A DNA stretch of 64,000 nt. It comes from a virus. The stretch lies in the IMG/VR virus record IMGVR_UViG_3300030104_005320, positions 51,904 to 115,903 of that record; one strand, written 5' to 3'. The notes below the pieces were generated by a model. The model was not told the origin of the DNA and ran no database searches. It was given only the letters and a program-made list of their open reading frames with translations. The translations under genes were made by a program, and so were the position numbers. Positions 9,267 through 19,249 of this stretch are shown here, piece by piece; positions within the stretch are counted from its first letter, which is position 1, and each line of letters starts with the position of its first letter.

Positions 9267-10538
9267 ATGACCTCGATCTTTTCTGTTCCTAATGATAGAG
9301 TTTTCTACGCCTGTATAGGTGTCTTCTTTAGAGAAAGACAAACCACACAAACCGGAGGAGACAGCAATCTAAGCGGAACTATTTTTTTGGACGGTGTTCA
9401 ATCTGTTGGAATAGATTCTTCATTTCCTAAAACTAGCTATTTAGACATTGGAAGAGCACAAAGAGTCCACTCTTCGTATGATAAACAAGAATTTACTATA
9501 AATATTGAAAGAAATATACCATACGAAACCGGCAGGGCGGACGACGAGAATACTGGCACTTTCTACACTTCTGCCGGAACCAGCTATGAAGCTACCCACA
9601 TACTAAACGATGACAACATAGGATCTGCCGGTTTTGAAAACTCACTAAGAAACTATGACATAGTTTTAGTTTACGCACCAGACAGAATAGATACTTTGGG
9701 CGGAGGAACCTCTGGAAGCGATGTAGACAAGAATAAATTCATGGCAACTATTTATAGATGTTGTCTTCTAACCTCAATGTCATATAATATTGCTGTAAAT
9801 GGCCCAGTAACAGAAACGCTAACATTTACTACAAGAGTTGCCAACCAGATTGATGCAAGCAGTTTAAACTGGTCAACTCTCTCACTACCAGATAATGGTG
9901 CCGCCGTTACTGGTAAAGTTCTTAAAAGAGATCATATAGATACTACAAATTCTGTTTTGCCAACAGAAGTTACTAGAATGTTTAATTTAGGAACATCTGA
10001 CAAGGGGCTGCCGGTTTTAGGTCTCCAGAATATAGAGATAGCCGCTTCAATCAATTACAGCGACATGCTTGACGTGGGACAATGGAGAGGTTCTAACTTG
10101 TCCGGGGGCTCTCTGTCTAAAGCTCTTACTAGTAATCCCGCCAAAACGATAACTGAATCCGCAGGCAGCGATGCCAAACGAGCGGAGGAAAATTTATATC
10201 GTCAAGTAATACTTCCCGTGGAAGTTACGGCTTCTTTTACCGGAGTAGCTAGAACACAATACAGAGCCGGTGGCTATCAAGATTTTGAGTTAGACAACGA
10301 CACATTTAGTGATACAGAAATAGCTATTGCGACATTGGCTCTAGCTGACGGAGGAACAAAAAGAGTGCAATGGAATTTAGGAAAAAAGAACTATTTAACA
10401 GACATTAGTTATACAGGAGGAGACACAGGAGGAGGAAATGTGGAAGCGACATTATCTTTTCAAAATGACAGAAGCGATTTTGTCGTTTTAGAAAACGCAA
10501 GCGTTTTATCAATCGACCCCGGCTCTACAGTTTATTAA
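9267..10538 (+). CDS. putative virion structural protein (tail tube-like)
   Basis: GVQSVGI, LTSMSYNIAVNG..TETLTF and LTDISYTGGDTGGGNVEATLSF beta-strand patterns; S/T/G-rich. Confidence 0.55.
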   Translation: MTSIFSVPNDRVFYACIGVFFRERQTTQTGGDSNLSGTIFLDGVQSVGIDSSFPKTSYLDIGRAQRVHSSYDKQEFTINIERNIPYETGRADDENTGTFYTSAGTSYEATHILNDDNIGSAGFENSLRNYDIVLVYAPDRIDTLGGGTSGSDVDKNKFMATIYRCCLLTSMSYNIAVNGPVTETLTFTTRVANQIDASSLNWSTLSLPDNGAAVTGKVLKRDHIDTTNSVLPTEVTRMFNLGTSDKGLPVLGLQNIEIAASINYSDMLDVGQWRGSNLSGGSLSKALTSNPAKTITESAGSDAKRAEENLYRQVILPVEVTASFTGVARTQYRAGGYQDFELDNDTFSDTEIAIATLALADGGTKRVQWNLGKKNYLTDISYTGGDTGGGNVEATLSFQNDRSDFVVLENASVLSIDPGSTVY

Positions 10539-10547
10539 AGGAATGAA

Positions 10548-11222
10548 ATGGCTAGAAAGCAAAAAAGAACAACTAGCAAAAAATCTCCAATTCGACCTTC
10601 TCGCAAAAAATTAAAACCTAAAACAGAAAACCAAGAAGAATATATCAGATCAATGGTTGAGTCAGATGTTACATTCTGCTCCGGCCCAGCGGGATCTGGT
10701 AAAACGGCAGTAGCTGTTGGACTGGCTTGTGAATACATGCTAGAAAACAAGATAGAAAAAATAATAATCACAAGACCCGTTGTAGAATCTGGTAGAGGTC
10801 TTGGCTTTTTACCCGGAACATTAACTGAAAAAGTGCAACCGTATCTTGTGCCTATAACTGAAGAAATGAAGCTATATTTAGGCAGAGACACATACAACTC
10901 AATGAGGTCAATAAACGCTATTGAAATTTGTCCTCTTGAATATATGAGAGGTAGAAACTTTCATAACTCTTTTATGATATTAGACGAAGCTCAAAACGCG
11001 ACTTTCGAGCAAATAAAAATGTTCTTAACGAGAATAGGGCTTGGATCAAAGGCTGTAATCAACGGAGACCTAGATCAAACAGACCTACGCGGGGAATCTG
11101 GCGGCCTAGACTGCTGTATGTCTAGATTGTCCGGCCTAAGAGGGCTGGCCATATGTGAACTAGACCAGTCTGATATCGTTCGCAACGGAATAATATCTAG
11201 TATTTTAGACAGACTTCGCTAA
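10548..11222 (+). CDS. phoH: PhoH family ATPase
   Basis: GPAGSGKT, IIITRP, LGFLPG, YMRGRNF, ILDEAQN, GDLDQTD. Confidence 0.95.
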   Translation: MARKQKRTTSKKSPIRPSRKKLKPKTENQEEYIRSMVESDVTFCSGPAGSGKTAVAVGLACEYMLENKIEKIIITRPVVESGRGLGFLPGTLTEKVQPYLVPITEEMKLYLGRDTYNSMRSINAIEICPLEYMRGRNFHNSFMILDEAQNATFEQIKMFLTRIGLGSKAVINGDLDQTDLRGESGGLDCCMSRLSGLRGLAICELDQSDIVRNGIISSILDRLR

Positions 11223-11248
11223 ATTTTAGTGCGATAAAAGGTCTTATT

Positions 11249-11257
11249 TGATATAAT
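11249..11257 (+). promoter_or_regulatory. extended -10 promoter (TGnTATAAT) at the start of the long plus-strand gene run
   Basis: TG-A-TATAAT in the intergenic gap after phoH. Confidence 0.6.
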
Positions 11258-11267
11258 AAATACAACT

Positions 11268-11298
11268 ATGGAGCTAGGGGTTTGGTTCTTAGCTCCAT
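11268..11298 (+). other. 13-bp RNA stem-loop in the 5' leader (or phoH terminator)
   Basis: ATGGAGCTAGGGG-tttgg-TTCTTAGCTCCAT, with G-U pairs. Confidence 0.65.
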
Positions 11299-11321
11299 TA
11301 TTTAAATTTGAAAGGAAAACA

Positions 11322-11669
11322 ATGCCTCTTTATGATTTTGAGTGCGAGCCTTGTGCCTATTACACAGAAATAAGACAGTCTATGGAAGGCCCAAGCAGTC
11401 TTGAATGCCCGGTCTGCGGACAAGAAACTTTAAAAAAAGTTTTTATAAACGCTCCTCATTGTTATGTTAGAGGAGAGTCCGCGACAATAGGACAAATAGC
11501 AGACAGAAACACAGAAAAAATGGGCCTATATGAAAAACAAGAAAAGACCGCAAAAGACAAAAATGGAAAAGGCTTAACTACAGAACAAAAAGAAAAAAGA
11601 AAACAGCACCAAAAAATTGTATCTATGACCCCAGAACAAAAGATGAAGTGGATAAGAGAGGGTGATTAA
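11322..11669 (+). CDS. FmdB-family zinc-ribbon protein
   Basis: MPLYDFECEPC...CPVCG; AAGGA RBS before ATG 11322. Confidence 0.8.
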   Translation: MPLYDFECEPCAYYTEIRQSMEGPSSLECPVCGQETLKKVFINAPHCYVRGESATIGQIADRNTEKMGLYEKQEKTAKDKNGKGLTTEQKEKRKQHQKIVSMTPEQKMKWIREGD

Positions 11670-11932
11670 TGGCTAATAGACCTAAAATTATAGACAGGCA
11701 GCACAGCTCTACAAGCGTAGAAAGAAGTAAAAAGCCGCACATAGCGATAGTGACCATGAAAATAGATATTAGAGCGATGGAGTCAGATGGAACGCTAGAC
11801 AACTATGTAATGGGAGAAAAGGAACTCAGAAAATATGGAATGTCCACAAAGGCACAGATAGCAATAAACGGCAAAGATGAAGCCGTATGTATTAAAAAAC
11901 TAAAAGAATTATTGGAGAGATTAAATGGGTAG
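11669..11932 (+). CDS. hypothetical protein
   Basis: TAATG-coupled ORF. Confidence 0.65.
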   Translation: MANRPKIIDRQHSSTSVERSKKPHIAIVTMKIDIRAMESDGTLDNYVMGEKELRKYGMSTKAQIAINGKDEAVCIKKLKELLERLNG

Positions 11933-12278
11933 AGGAGAAAGAGAAGATATTTCAGGTCTTAATTTGCCAGATCCGGAAAAACCTGACATTATTTTTCTTG
12001 GCCTAAAAGGGGAGCAAACAGAAGAAAAAAAAGCTCTAGCGAAATGTGTCACAGTAAACAATGGATATGATAATACTTCAGTACAGTGCTTTATCAGAAT
12101 GGGAAGAGGAGAAATAATCGACCCTTATGAGATAGACTTTGGATATACCAACAAAAAGCTAGCGTCGTTGAAGTTTAAGAAGGTTTCAAAAAAAGCATTT
12201 GATAATTATACAAAATATTTAAAGTGCAAAAACAGATTATATTTTACTAAAGCCAGAAGGCTTGCAATGGAGTATTGA
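11925..12278 (+). CDS. hypothetical protein
   Basis: GGAG RBS, coupled ORF. Confidence 0.7.
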   Translation: MGRGEREDISGLNLPDPEKPDIIFLGLKGEQTEEKKALAKCVTVNNGYDNTSVQCFIRMGRGEIIDPYEIDFGYTNKKLASLKFKKVSKKAFDNYTKYLKCKNRLYFTKARRLAMEY

Positions 12279-12279
12279 T

Positions 12280-12615
12280 ATGAAGAAAACTAAAAAAGGA
12301 CCGCTGTCCAAAAAAGAAAAAGCGTTTATTCAAAAAAATATAAAATTAAACACTATAGATGAACTAGCAGAGTCGATCTCTAGATCTAGCTCTGTTGTAG
12401 AAAAATTTGCAAAAACTTTACCGTCTGCGGTGACTACGAATACAAAAAATGATGACGGACCAACTGCGTCTAATCTCTATGCAAAAAATGAGGAACGAGG
12501 AGTTACTGTAATGACTGAAACGGCTTCGATGGCCGCAGATGAAAGCAAAAGAAAAAGAAAAAGCGGTCAAAGCCCAGAACGATACACTAAATGCATTCAT
12601 AAGATTAAAGAATAA
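12280..12615 (+). CDS. hypothetical protein, possible HTH DNA-binding
   Basis: KKGPLSKKEKAFI...IDELAESISRSSSVVEK. Confidence 0.6.
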   Translation: MKKTKKGPLSKKEKAFIQKNIKLNTIDELAESISRSSSVVEKFAKTLPSAVTTNTKNDDGPTASNLYAKNEERGVTVMTETASMAADESKRKRKSGQSPERYTKCIHKIKE

Positions 12616-13121
12616 TGATTTGTACTAATTTTGATGGATATATGAAAGAGCTATGTCATCGAGATTTGATGATTAGCTGGAAGATAACATTAACAGATAA
12701 CACCATTGTGTATGGCGACTACGATAGGCCAGACCATGAAAACGCTTGGTTTAGACTAAAAGAACACTGTGAACAAAATGACGTTGTTCCAAAAAAAGTT
12801 GAGCTTTACATGTTTGGTGCTGAACATAAAGTTTTTTTTGAAGATGCTGACGGTCTTGACGGGATATGTGTTTTAAGAGGATTGGCTAAAGAGCAGACAA
12901 TGGACGGCGGCCATTCACAATCCTACCAAACTTTGACTGTCTTGCATCTAAATAAATCGTGCGAAGAAATTAACGTTGCCAAATATACTTGGCCAGATAA
13001 TGAATTTGAACAAAAAAGCTCTGTCAGAGGGCTATCTTATCAAAATTTGAAGAATATGATTTTTAAAAATGAATCAAAAAAACTCAAACATCCGAAAGTA
13101 CAAGAGCATCTCAACGGGTAG
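12615..13121 (+). CDS. hypothetical protein
   Basis: TAATG-coupled 168 aa ORF. Confidence 0.7.
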   Translation: MICTNFDGYMKELCHRDLMISWKITLTDNTIVYGDYDRPDHENAWFRLKEHCEQNDVVPKKVELYMFGAEHKVFFEDADGLDGICVLRGLAKEQTMDGGHSQSYQTLTVLHLNKSCEEINVAKYTWPDNEFEQKSSVRGLSYQNLKNMIFKNESKKLKHPKVQEHLNG

Positions 13122-13554
13122 TGATTGCACTGCTTCTCAGTATATTGCAGAACTAGTATGCATGAGACACGCCGAAAAAGAAAACAAAGGCAGTCTTGAA
13201 TACAAATTTTGGAACAACTCTAAAAATGAATACTACACTACACAAGTAAGAGTAGCTTCTAAGCTAATAAAAAAATACGGAGAGGAAGCGGTTCTACATT
13301 ATCTAAAAAGCCCCGGCGGAAAAAATGTTTATTCGCTAGGGTTTTTGCATAGTTCTAAAAAATTTGTTTTAACTTTGAAATTTGTTGAGCAGGGAATAAA
13401 AAAATCAAAGACAATAGTAGACAAAGAAAAGGCAAAGCCTAAAAAAGTAATTGAAGTGCAGAAAGATCTTGAATACAAACCGCGAAAATCCAAAGCACCG
13501 AATTCATTAATGTCAAAATTGAGGAAGCTAGATGGCAAAGAAAAAAACAAATAA
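13069..13554 (+). CDS. hypothetical protein (basic)
   Basis: 161 aa ORF immediately upstream of recA. Confidence 0.7.
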   Translation: MNQKNSNIRKYKSISTGSDCTASQYIAELVCMRHAEKENKGSLEYKFWNNSKNEYYTTQVRVASKLIKKYGEEAVLHYLKSPGGKNVYSLGFLHSSKKFVLTLKFVEQGIKKSKTIVDKEKAKPKKVIEVQKDLEYKPRKSKAPNSLMSKLRKLDGKEKNK

Positions 13555-14620
13555 CTCTAAATCGATTGATCAGCTTTTTGATAAATACTCTGAGCTAATT
13601 CATACAGGCACTGAAATATTAAAACAACGTAGCAATTTCAAAATTATTTCAGTTAGTCCAGCAATAGATCTAGCTTTGGGGGGCGGCATCAGAGAAGGTA
13701 GTTGGCTAACACTCACGGGCGATCCCAAAAGCGGCAAAACCACCACCGCGATGCAAATAGCGGCAAACTGCCAAAAAGAAGGGAGAAAAGTTATATATCT
13801 AGACGTAGAAGGACGACTCAAAGGTATGAACTTTGAAGTGCCCGACCTAAATCCTGACATGATGACCGTCGTGGCACCAGAAAATGAACCTATATCAGCA
13901 GAGTCATTTTTGAAAATAGCCTACGAGATGATGACCCATAAAGACTACGAGGGTGCAGTCCTCATTATAGATTCTATATCTTCTCTCATGCCAGAAAAAG
14001 AATTAGATGGGGATTTTAGTCCCGGTAGAGCCGGTCTACCCAAGATCTTGTCTATCTTTACAAAAAAGATTGGACAATTGCTGCCACGACAGAAAGGGCT
14101 TGTCATAGCTATTACCCACTACATAGCCAATACTGCCGGTTTTGGTAAAGCCAAGCTTTCAGACGGTGGCAATAAAATTCAATATCAAGCAGACACTAGA
14201 ATGGAGATAGCGGGAGGCGGCGAAAAAGTTTCTGCGGTAACACCTTGGACGAACAGTGCAAAGACCGAACGCATCGGCCAAATCGTCAATTGGAAAATCA
14301 TATGCTCGTCTCTTGGGGCACCGGGAGGACAGGTGCAGAGCTATATTCGCTATGGACATGGCATTGACAAGGTTCAGGAACTTCTAATGCTTTCATGCGA
14401 CTTAGGGTTAATCGATCCTCGCGGATCTTGGTTTAGTCTTCCGTTTATGAATATGTGCAAGGATGTAGCGAAAGAAATAAAACCAGAGCTAAATACAGAC
14501 GATGACGATGTTGTTACGGCTGCGTTTAAATTTCAAGGACAAGATAAAGTATACAACTTCTTAAATGACAATCCAAAGCTTATCGGCTTTCTAGAGAAGT
14601 CTATAAAGGAAATGCTGTGA
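13532..14620 (+). CDS. recA: RecA/UvsX-like recombinase
   Basis: SPAIDLALGGGI, Walker A GDPKSGKTT, YLDVE, Walker B LIIDSIS, GGNKIQYQAD. Confidence 0.9.
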   Translation: MAKKKTNNSKSIDQLFDKYSELIHTGTEILKQRSNFKIISVSPAIDLALGGGIREGSWLTLTGDPKSGKTTTAMQIAANCQKEGRKVIYLDVEGRLKGMNFEVPDLNPDMMTVVAPENEPISAESFLKIAYEMMTHKDYEGAVLIIDSISSLMPEKELDGDFSPGRAGLPKILSIFTKKIGQLLPRQKGLVIAITHYIANTAGFGKAKLSDGGNKIQYQADTRMEIAGGGEKVSAVTPWTNSAKTERIGQIVNWKIICSSLGAPGGQVQSYIRYGHGIDKVQELLMLSCDLGLIDPRGSWFSLPFMNMCKDVAKEIKPELNTDDDDVVTAAFKFQGQDKVYNFLNDNPKLIGFLEKSIKEML

Positions 14621-15024
14621 AGATAACTGGATTAGATGGCAGAGAGTACAGTTGGAACCCTTCTGCCAAACAATCTAAAACTAATAACAGATCAAATCTT
14701 CATGTTAAAGCTAGAGATTTGTTGAAACAGGTCTTTCCTTATGATAGAATCTTAGAAGAGGTCACTTTAGTAGGAACGAATAACGGCACAAGAAAGGGAA
14801 CTTTGCGTGCAGATTTTTTTATTCCTAACAGGAACTTGATTATAGAAGTTCATGGAGAGCAGCACTTTAAGTTTAATGGATTTTTCTTCAAGGATAAACT
14901 TTCTTTTTTCAGGGCCAAGGCTAGAGACAGAGACAAAAAACAATGGTGTGCTATTAACGAAATAAACATTATAGAATTTAATTATGACGAGGATATAGAT
15001 GAGTGGCGAACAAAAATTGAATGA
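14617..15024 (+). CDS. Vsr/DUF559-like PD-(D/E)XK endonuclease
   Basis: LRADFFIP..LIIEVHGEQHF...RDRDKKQWC. Confidence 0.75.
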   Translation: MKITGLDGREYSWNPSAKQSKTNNRSNLHVKARDLLKQVFPYDRILEEVTLVGTNNGTRKGTLRADFFIPNRNLIIEVHGEQHFKFNGFFFKDKLSFFRAKARDRDKKQWCAINEINIIEFNYDEDIDEWRTKIE

Positions 15025-15460
15025 GTTTCTTGAGGCTGTAGATAGCTGGATAAACTCAAAGACACTAGCCCAAATAGATCCTCCTGATAATATTAGCAGT
15101 ATTTTAAATTTAAGATCTGAAGATATGAAAAGGCTAAGTAGCCAAGATTGTATATGCTATGCTTACGAACTATATGCTTATGCTGAATATGTCGAAGGAG
15201 AAAAGGTTAAAGAAAATATAATATTAGATTGGGCAGAATCTAGTATTTGGTATATAATATCTACAGCGTTGCCTCAATACGGAGACAAGTACACAAAGTG
15301 GCAAGAAAAATATTATGCGGCAGTAAAAGAAAACCCTCTAGCAAGCGATATATTTAAAATAAAAAATCATGCTGAAGCTAGAGTCAATATTTTAAAAAAT
15401 AGATGCAAAACAATTCATAGCATGGCAGAATTATTGAATAACCTATCCAGAAGGAGATAA
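14999..15460 (+). CDS. hypothetical helical protein (possible recombination mediator)
   Basis: Alpha-helical ORF in the recA neighbourhood; function inferred from position only. Confidence 0.55.
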   Translation: MSGEQKLNEFLEAVDSWINSKTLAQIDPPDNISSILNLRSEDMKRLSSQDCICYAYELYAYAEYVEGEKVKENIILDWAESSIWYIISTALPQYGDKYTKWQEKYYAAVKENPLASDIFKIKNHAEARVNILKNRCKTIHSMAELLNNLSRRR

Positions 15461-15461
15461 A

Positions 15462-15917
15462 ATGTCTAAAGAAGATGTTAAGAATCTTTTGAAAGAGATT
15501 ATAAAAACCCAAGATCCAGATCTAATTAAACTGGCCACAGAGATGCTTATGTCTTCACAAGATGACAAAGGGCCAAAAGCTCCAGAGGCCCAGTATGGAG
15601 ACTCACCTCCTCCTGACGCTACGACATATTCGAGATCGGATGACTCTGAATTTCTTTCTAAAATAAAGAAAGAGAAAACAAATGGAGAAGTGGCGGGTGT
15701 TCCTGTTAATAAAATGCCAAGAGAAAACAAATTCGTAGACCATGGCACAGAACACAAAGACGATCAAAATTCAACTCCTAAAGTAGAACTAACAGAGAGA
15801 AAGCGTCCAGCGTTTAAGAAGATAAAACAAACATGTACAAGATGTGGTGAAACTTTTGAAACTCACCCGCAATTCAAACGAGACTTTTATATTTGTGACC
15901 GATGCCTAAAAAGATAA
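15462..15917 (+). CDS. hypothetical protein with C-terminal zinc finger
   Basis: CTRCG...CDRC. Confidence 0.65.
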   Translation: MSKEDVKNLLKEIIKTQDPDLIKLATEMLMSSQDDKGPKAPEAQYGDSPPPDATTYSRSDDSEFLSKIKKEKTNGEVAGVPVNKMPRENKFVDHGTEHKDDQNSTPKVELTERKRPAFKKIKQTCTRCGETFETHPQFKRDFYICDRCLKR

Positions 15918-17389
15918 AAAGACAATTAGAAGACCTAGCTGCCGAAAGAGCCGTTCTTTCTGCTTTGTGTCAACACGGACTAGACGCATATCTAGAAATA
16001 GATTTTGTTGATTCTTCGCATTTCACGGATGCTATGAATCAGCTCATATTTGAATGTGTATACAGGTCTATTTCAGAAAATACAAAGGTAGAGCTTTCAT
16101 CTATTCTATCTGCCGCAAATGATCTTGGTGTTTCCGACCAAATAAACACTAAAGATGAAATAGGATTTATCAGATCTCTTTTTAACTTTCCTATACACAA
16201 AGAAAATGTAGGCACGCACGCAGCCAAAATAGCCAAATTAAAATTAGCTAGAGACCTGAAAAAGACTTTAAAGATATGTGAAAAAGATCTAGATTCTATC
16301 ACCGGAGACGAGGATGTGATGGATCTTGTTGCTAAGATTGAAGAGCCTTTACTAGAGGCAACAGGAGATGTTTACCAGTCTTCTAGTAAAAAAACAGAGC
16401 TTATTGGAGAAGACATCGATGGCTATGTGGAACATCTTTGCGAGAACGTGTCTGATTTTGCCGGAATCCCAAGTGGTTTTGACAGATTTGATATAGCAAT
16501 TGGCGGTGGCTTAAGAAGAAAATGTGTGGACCTAGTGGCGGCTAGACCAAAGGTGGGTAAGTCCATGTTCGGAGATGCGGTTGCTATGCATGTTTCTGGC
16601 CAACTGGACATACCAGTCTTAATGCTAGATACCGAGATGTCAAAAGAAGACCATCTACATAGAATATTGGCGAATCTATCCGGTGTAGAGATTAACAAAA
16701 TATCAACCGGCAAGTTTTCAGAAAACGCTATAGAGCTAGAAAAAATAAACGAAGCCAAAGAAAAACTTAAAGACATTCCATATCACTATATTAGTATCGC
16801 TGGAGAATCTTTTGAAAACATTCTAAGCCAGATGAGAAAGTGGATATATCAACATGTAGGATTTGACGAAAATGGACAGACTAAAGACTGTCTCATTGTA
16901 TACGATTACTTAAAGCTGATGGGATCTGAAGGTATAAATGCTTCTATGCAAGAGTATCAAGTGCTTGGTTTTCAAATAACTAAACTGCACAACTTTTGTG
17001 TTAAGTACGATGTTCCTTGTTTATCTTTTGTGCAGCTTAACAGGGACGGAATCACAAAAGAATCTACAGATGTTGTTTCGGGTTCTGACAGGCTGATTTG
17101 GCTTTGCACAAGCTTTTCAATTTTTAAACTTAAATCAGAAGAAGAGATAATTACCGATGGTGCGGATCATGGAAATAGAAAATTAGTTCCCGTCGTGGCT
17201 AGGCATGGAGAAGGGCTGGACGATGGCGATTACGTTAGTATGAAAATGTTTGGTAAATATGGGAGAATCGTCGAGGGAAACACCCGAAACGAAATACACA
17301 ACAATGCAAGATCAAGAGAAGAAGGATTTGAAACCGATGAAGACATTGGAACAGAATCAGATATCAGCAATATGCAACGAGATGCTTGA
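15902..17389 (+). CDS. dnaB: replicative DNA helicase
   Basis: AERAVL N-terminus, GIPSGF..FD, AARPKVGKS, DTEMS, VYDYLKLM, QLNR. Confidence 0.93.
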   Translation: MPKKIKRQLEDLAAERAVLSALCQHGLDAYLEIDFVDSSHFTDAMNQLIFECVYRSISENTKVELSSILSAANDLGVSDQINTKDEIGFIRSLFNFPIHKENVGTHAAKIAKLKLARDLKKTLKICEKDLDSITGDEDVMDLVAKIEEPLLEATGDVYQSSSKKTELIGEDIDGYVEHLCENVSDFAGIPSGFDRFDIAIGGGLRRKCVDLVAARPKVGKSMFGDAVAMHVSGQLDIPVLMLDTEMSKEDHLHRILANLSGVEINKISTGKFSENAIELEKINEAKEKLKDIPYHYISIAGESFENILSQMRKWIYQHVGFDENGQTKDCLIVYDYLKLMGSEGINASMQEYQVLGFQITKLHNFCVKYDVPCLSFVQLNRDGITKESTDVVSGSDRLIWLCTSFSIFKLKSEEEIITDGADHGNRKLVPVVARHGEGLDDGDYVSMKMFGKYGRIVEGNTRNEIHNNARSREEGFETDEDIGTESDISNMQRDA

Positions 17390-18371
17390 CAAGCTGCCGT
17401 CTATACTGGCCTACTTTGATATAGATTATGTTGAGTATCCTAATAGATATGCGTTTGCTTGTCCGGTTCACGGTGGAGACAATCCAGAAGCTTGTTGTAT
17501 TTTTACAGACGGGATGACAAATAAAGGAAACTGGTCTTGTTGGACACAGCACTGTGAAGAAGAGTTTGCAAATAACTTATTCGGATTTGTGAGAGGGTGT
17601 CTTTCTCAAAAAAGAGATAAAATCGTTTCCATGAATGAGACTGCTGCGTTTTGTTCTAATTTTTTGAATAAATCTATTGATGATATAGAGTATTCAGAAT
17701 CCAAAAAACCAAAATTAAAAGCGATTGAAGTATTCAATAGAAAACTAGAAAGAAAGCCCGGACAAATAAGCCGAGGCGACATAAGAAACAAAATTCAAAT
17801 ACCAGCAGAATACTATATCAACAGAGGGTATACAAAAGAGGTTTTAGATTTGTTTGATGTAGGAAAATGTTTTTCTAAAAATCAACCAATGTCAGGAAGA
17901 ATTGTGGTTCCTGTATACGATGAAGACTATAACTATGTAGGATGTGTTGGCAGGTCTACACAAGAGTCAATGAAGCCTAAATGGCTGCACAGCAAAGGAT
18001 TTAAAAAATCTGTATTATACGGACTAAACATTGCAAAAAATCACATTTTAGAAACCTCCACCGCGATGCTGGTCGAAGGACAAGGAGATGTGTGGAGAAT
18101 GCATGAAGCCGGAATTAAAAACTGTGTTGGGATTTTTGGTGCTAGTATAAACGAAGATCAATTAATGCTACTAGAGCAGTCAGGAGCGTTAAACTTGGTG
18201 ATATTAACAGATTCTGACGAAGCGGGAAACAAGGCTTACGATCAAATAATTAAAATATGCGGAAGAAGATTTAATTACTATCGCCCCTCTATATCTAAAA
18301 AGGATGTTGGCGACATGACAATAGAACAAATAAAAGAAGAACTTTATCCTCAGTTGAAAGGAATTTTTTAA
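17337..18371 (+). CDS. dnaG: DNA primase (CHC2 zinc finger and TOPRIM)
   Basis: CPVHGGDN..C..C, RIVVPV, LYGL, LVEGQGDV, DSDEAG. Confidence 0.9.
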   Translation: MKTLEQNQISAICNEMLDKLPSILAYFDIDYVEYPNRYAFACPVHGGDNPEACCIFTDGMTNKGNWSCWTQHCEEEFANNLFGFVRGCLSQKRDKIVSMNETAAFCSNFLNKSIDDIEYSESKKPKLKAIEVFNRKLERKPGQISRGDIRNKIQIPAEYYINRGYTKEVLDLFDVGKCFSKNQPMSGRIVVPVYDEDYNYVGCVGRSTQESMKPKWLHSKGFKKSVLYGLNIAKNHILETSTAMLVEGQGDVWRMHEAGIKNCVGIFGASINEDQLMLLEQSGALNLVILTDSDEAGNKAYDQIIKICGRRFNYYRPSISKKDVGDMTIEQIKEELYPQLKGIF

Positions 18372-19249
18372 TGAAGAGCAGAATACTGGCAATTGCCGGA
18401 AATAAACAATCAGGCAAAACAACATGTTCGAACTTTCTCCATGGATATCAATTGAGGTGCCACGCGATAATTGAAAACTTCAAAATTACTGAAGATGGAC
18501 AGTTAATCGTTACCACACATATATTAAATGAAAATGGACAAGAAGAAAAAGCAGACGCGATGCTGGATGTAAACAGGAAAGATCTTTCTTTTGCTGAATG
18601 GGCCATTTATAGTATGTGGCCATTCGTTAAAAGTTATTCGTTTTCGTCTCCTTTGAAAGAGATTGCAACTGGACTTTTCGGCCTAACCGAAGAACAGTGC
18701 CACGGCACAGACAAGCAAAAAAATACCACAACAAATATTAGGTGGGGAGATTTGCCGGGAGCCAACGCGAGTAAAAAAAACAAGAGAAAAAGATTGACGG
18801 CAAGAGAGTTCTTACAGTATTTTGGAACTGACATATGTAGATCTATATACAGCGATGTATGGGCCGAAAGATGCATTAAAGATATTAACAATGAAGATCC
18901 ACTTCTTGCTATAATAGACGACTGTAGATTTCCTAACGAAGCGGAAGCTGTGCAAAAGGCCGGGGGCAAGGTTATACGACTAACTAGATCAGACCACAAA
19001 GACCCACATAGCAGCGAATCGGCCCTAGAGGAATGGGATGATTATGACGCAGTTATCGACAATCAAAATCTAACCATTGCCGAAACAGTTAAAAGGGTAA
19101 TAGGAGTTTTAGATGAGTGGGGATGGCTAGGAAAAGAAATAGCAAAACAAGAAATTAAACAACGCTTGGCAGAACAACTCAGTCAATCAGAACCAGCCCA
19201 AAAACCCGAACTAGTTGGCGGGATTCACACTATCAAGAAAGACGCTTAA
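18371..19249 (+). CDS. deoxynucleoside monophosphate kinase
   Basis: AGNKQSGKTT, SFSSPLKE, TAREFLQYFGTD, IDDCRFPNE, HSSE. Confidence 0.88.
   Translation: MKSRILAIAGNKQSGKTTCSNFLHGYQLRCHAIIENFKITEDGQLIVTTHILNENGQEEKADAMLDVNRKDLSFAEWAIYSMWPFVKSYSFSSPLKEIATGLFGLTEEQCHGTDKQKNTTTNIRWGDLPGANASKKNKRKRLTAREFLQYFGTDICRSIYSDVWAERCIKDINNEDPLLAIIDDCRFPNEAEAVQKAGGKVIRLTRSDHKDPHSSESALEEWDDYDAVIDNQNLTIAETVKRVIGVLDEWGWLGKEIAKQEIKQRLAEQLSQSEPAQKPELVGGIHTIKKDA

Noticed and set aside
11268-11321. ATG at 11268 as start of the FmdB-like gene
   Set aside because: It is buried in a hairpin and lacks an RBS; ATG 11322 has AAGGA and gives the canonical MPxYxxxC start
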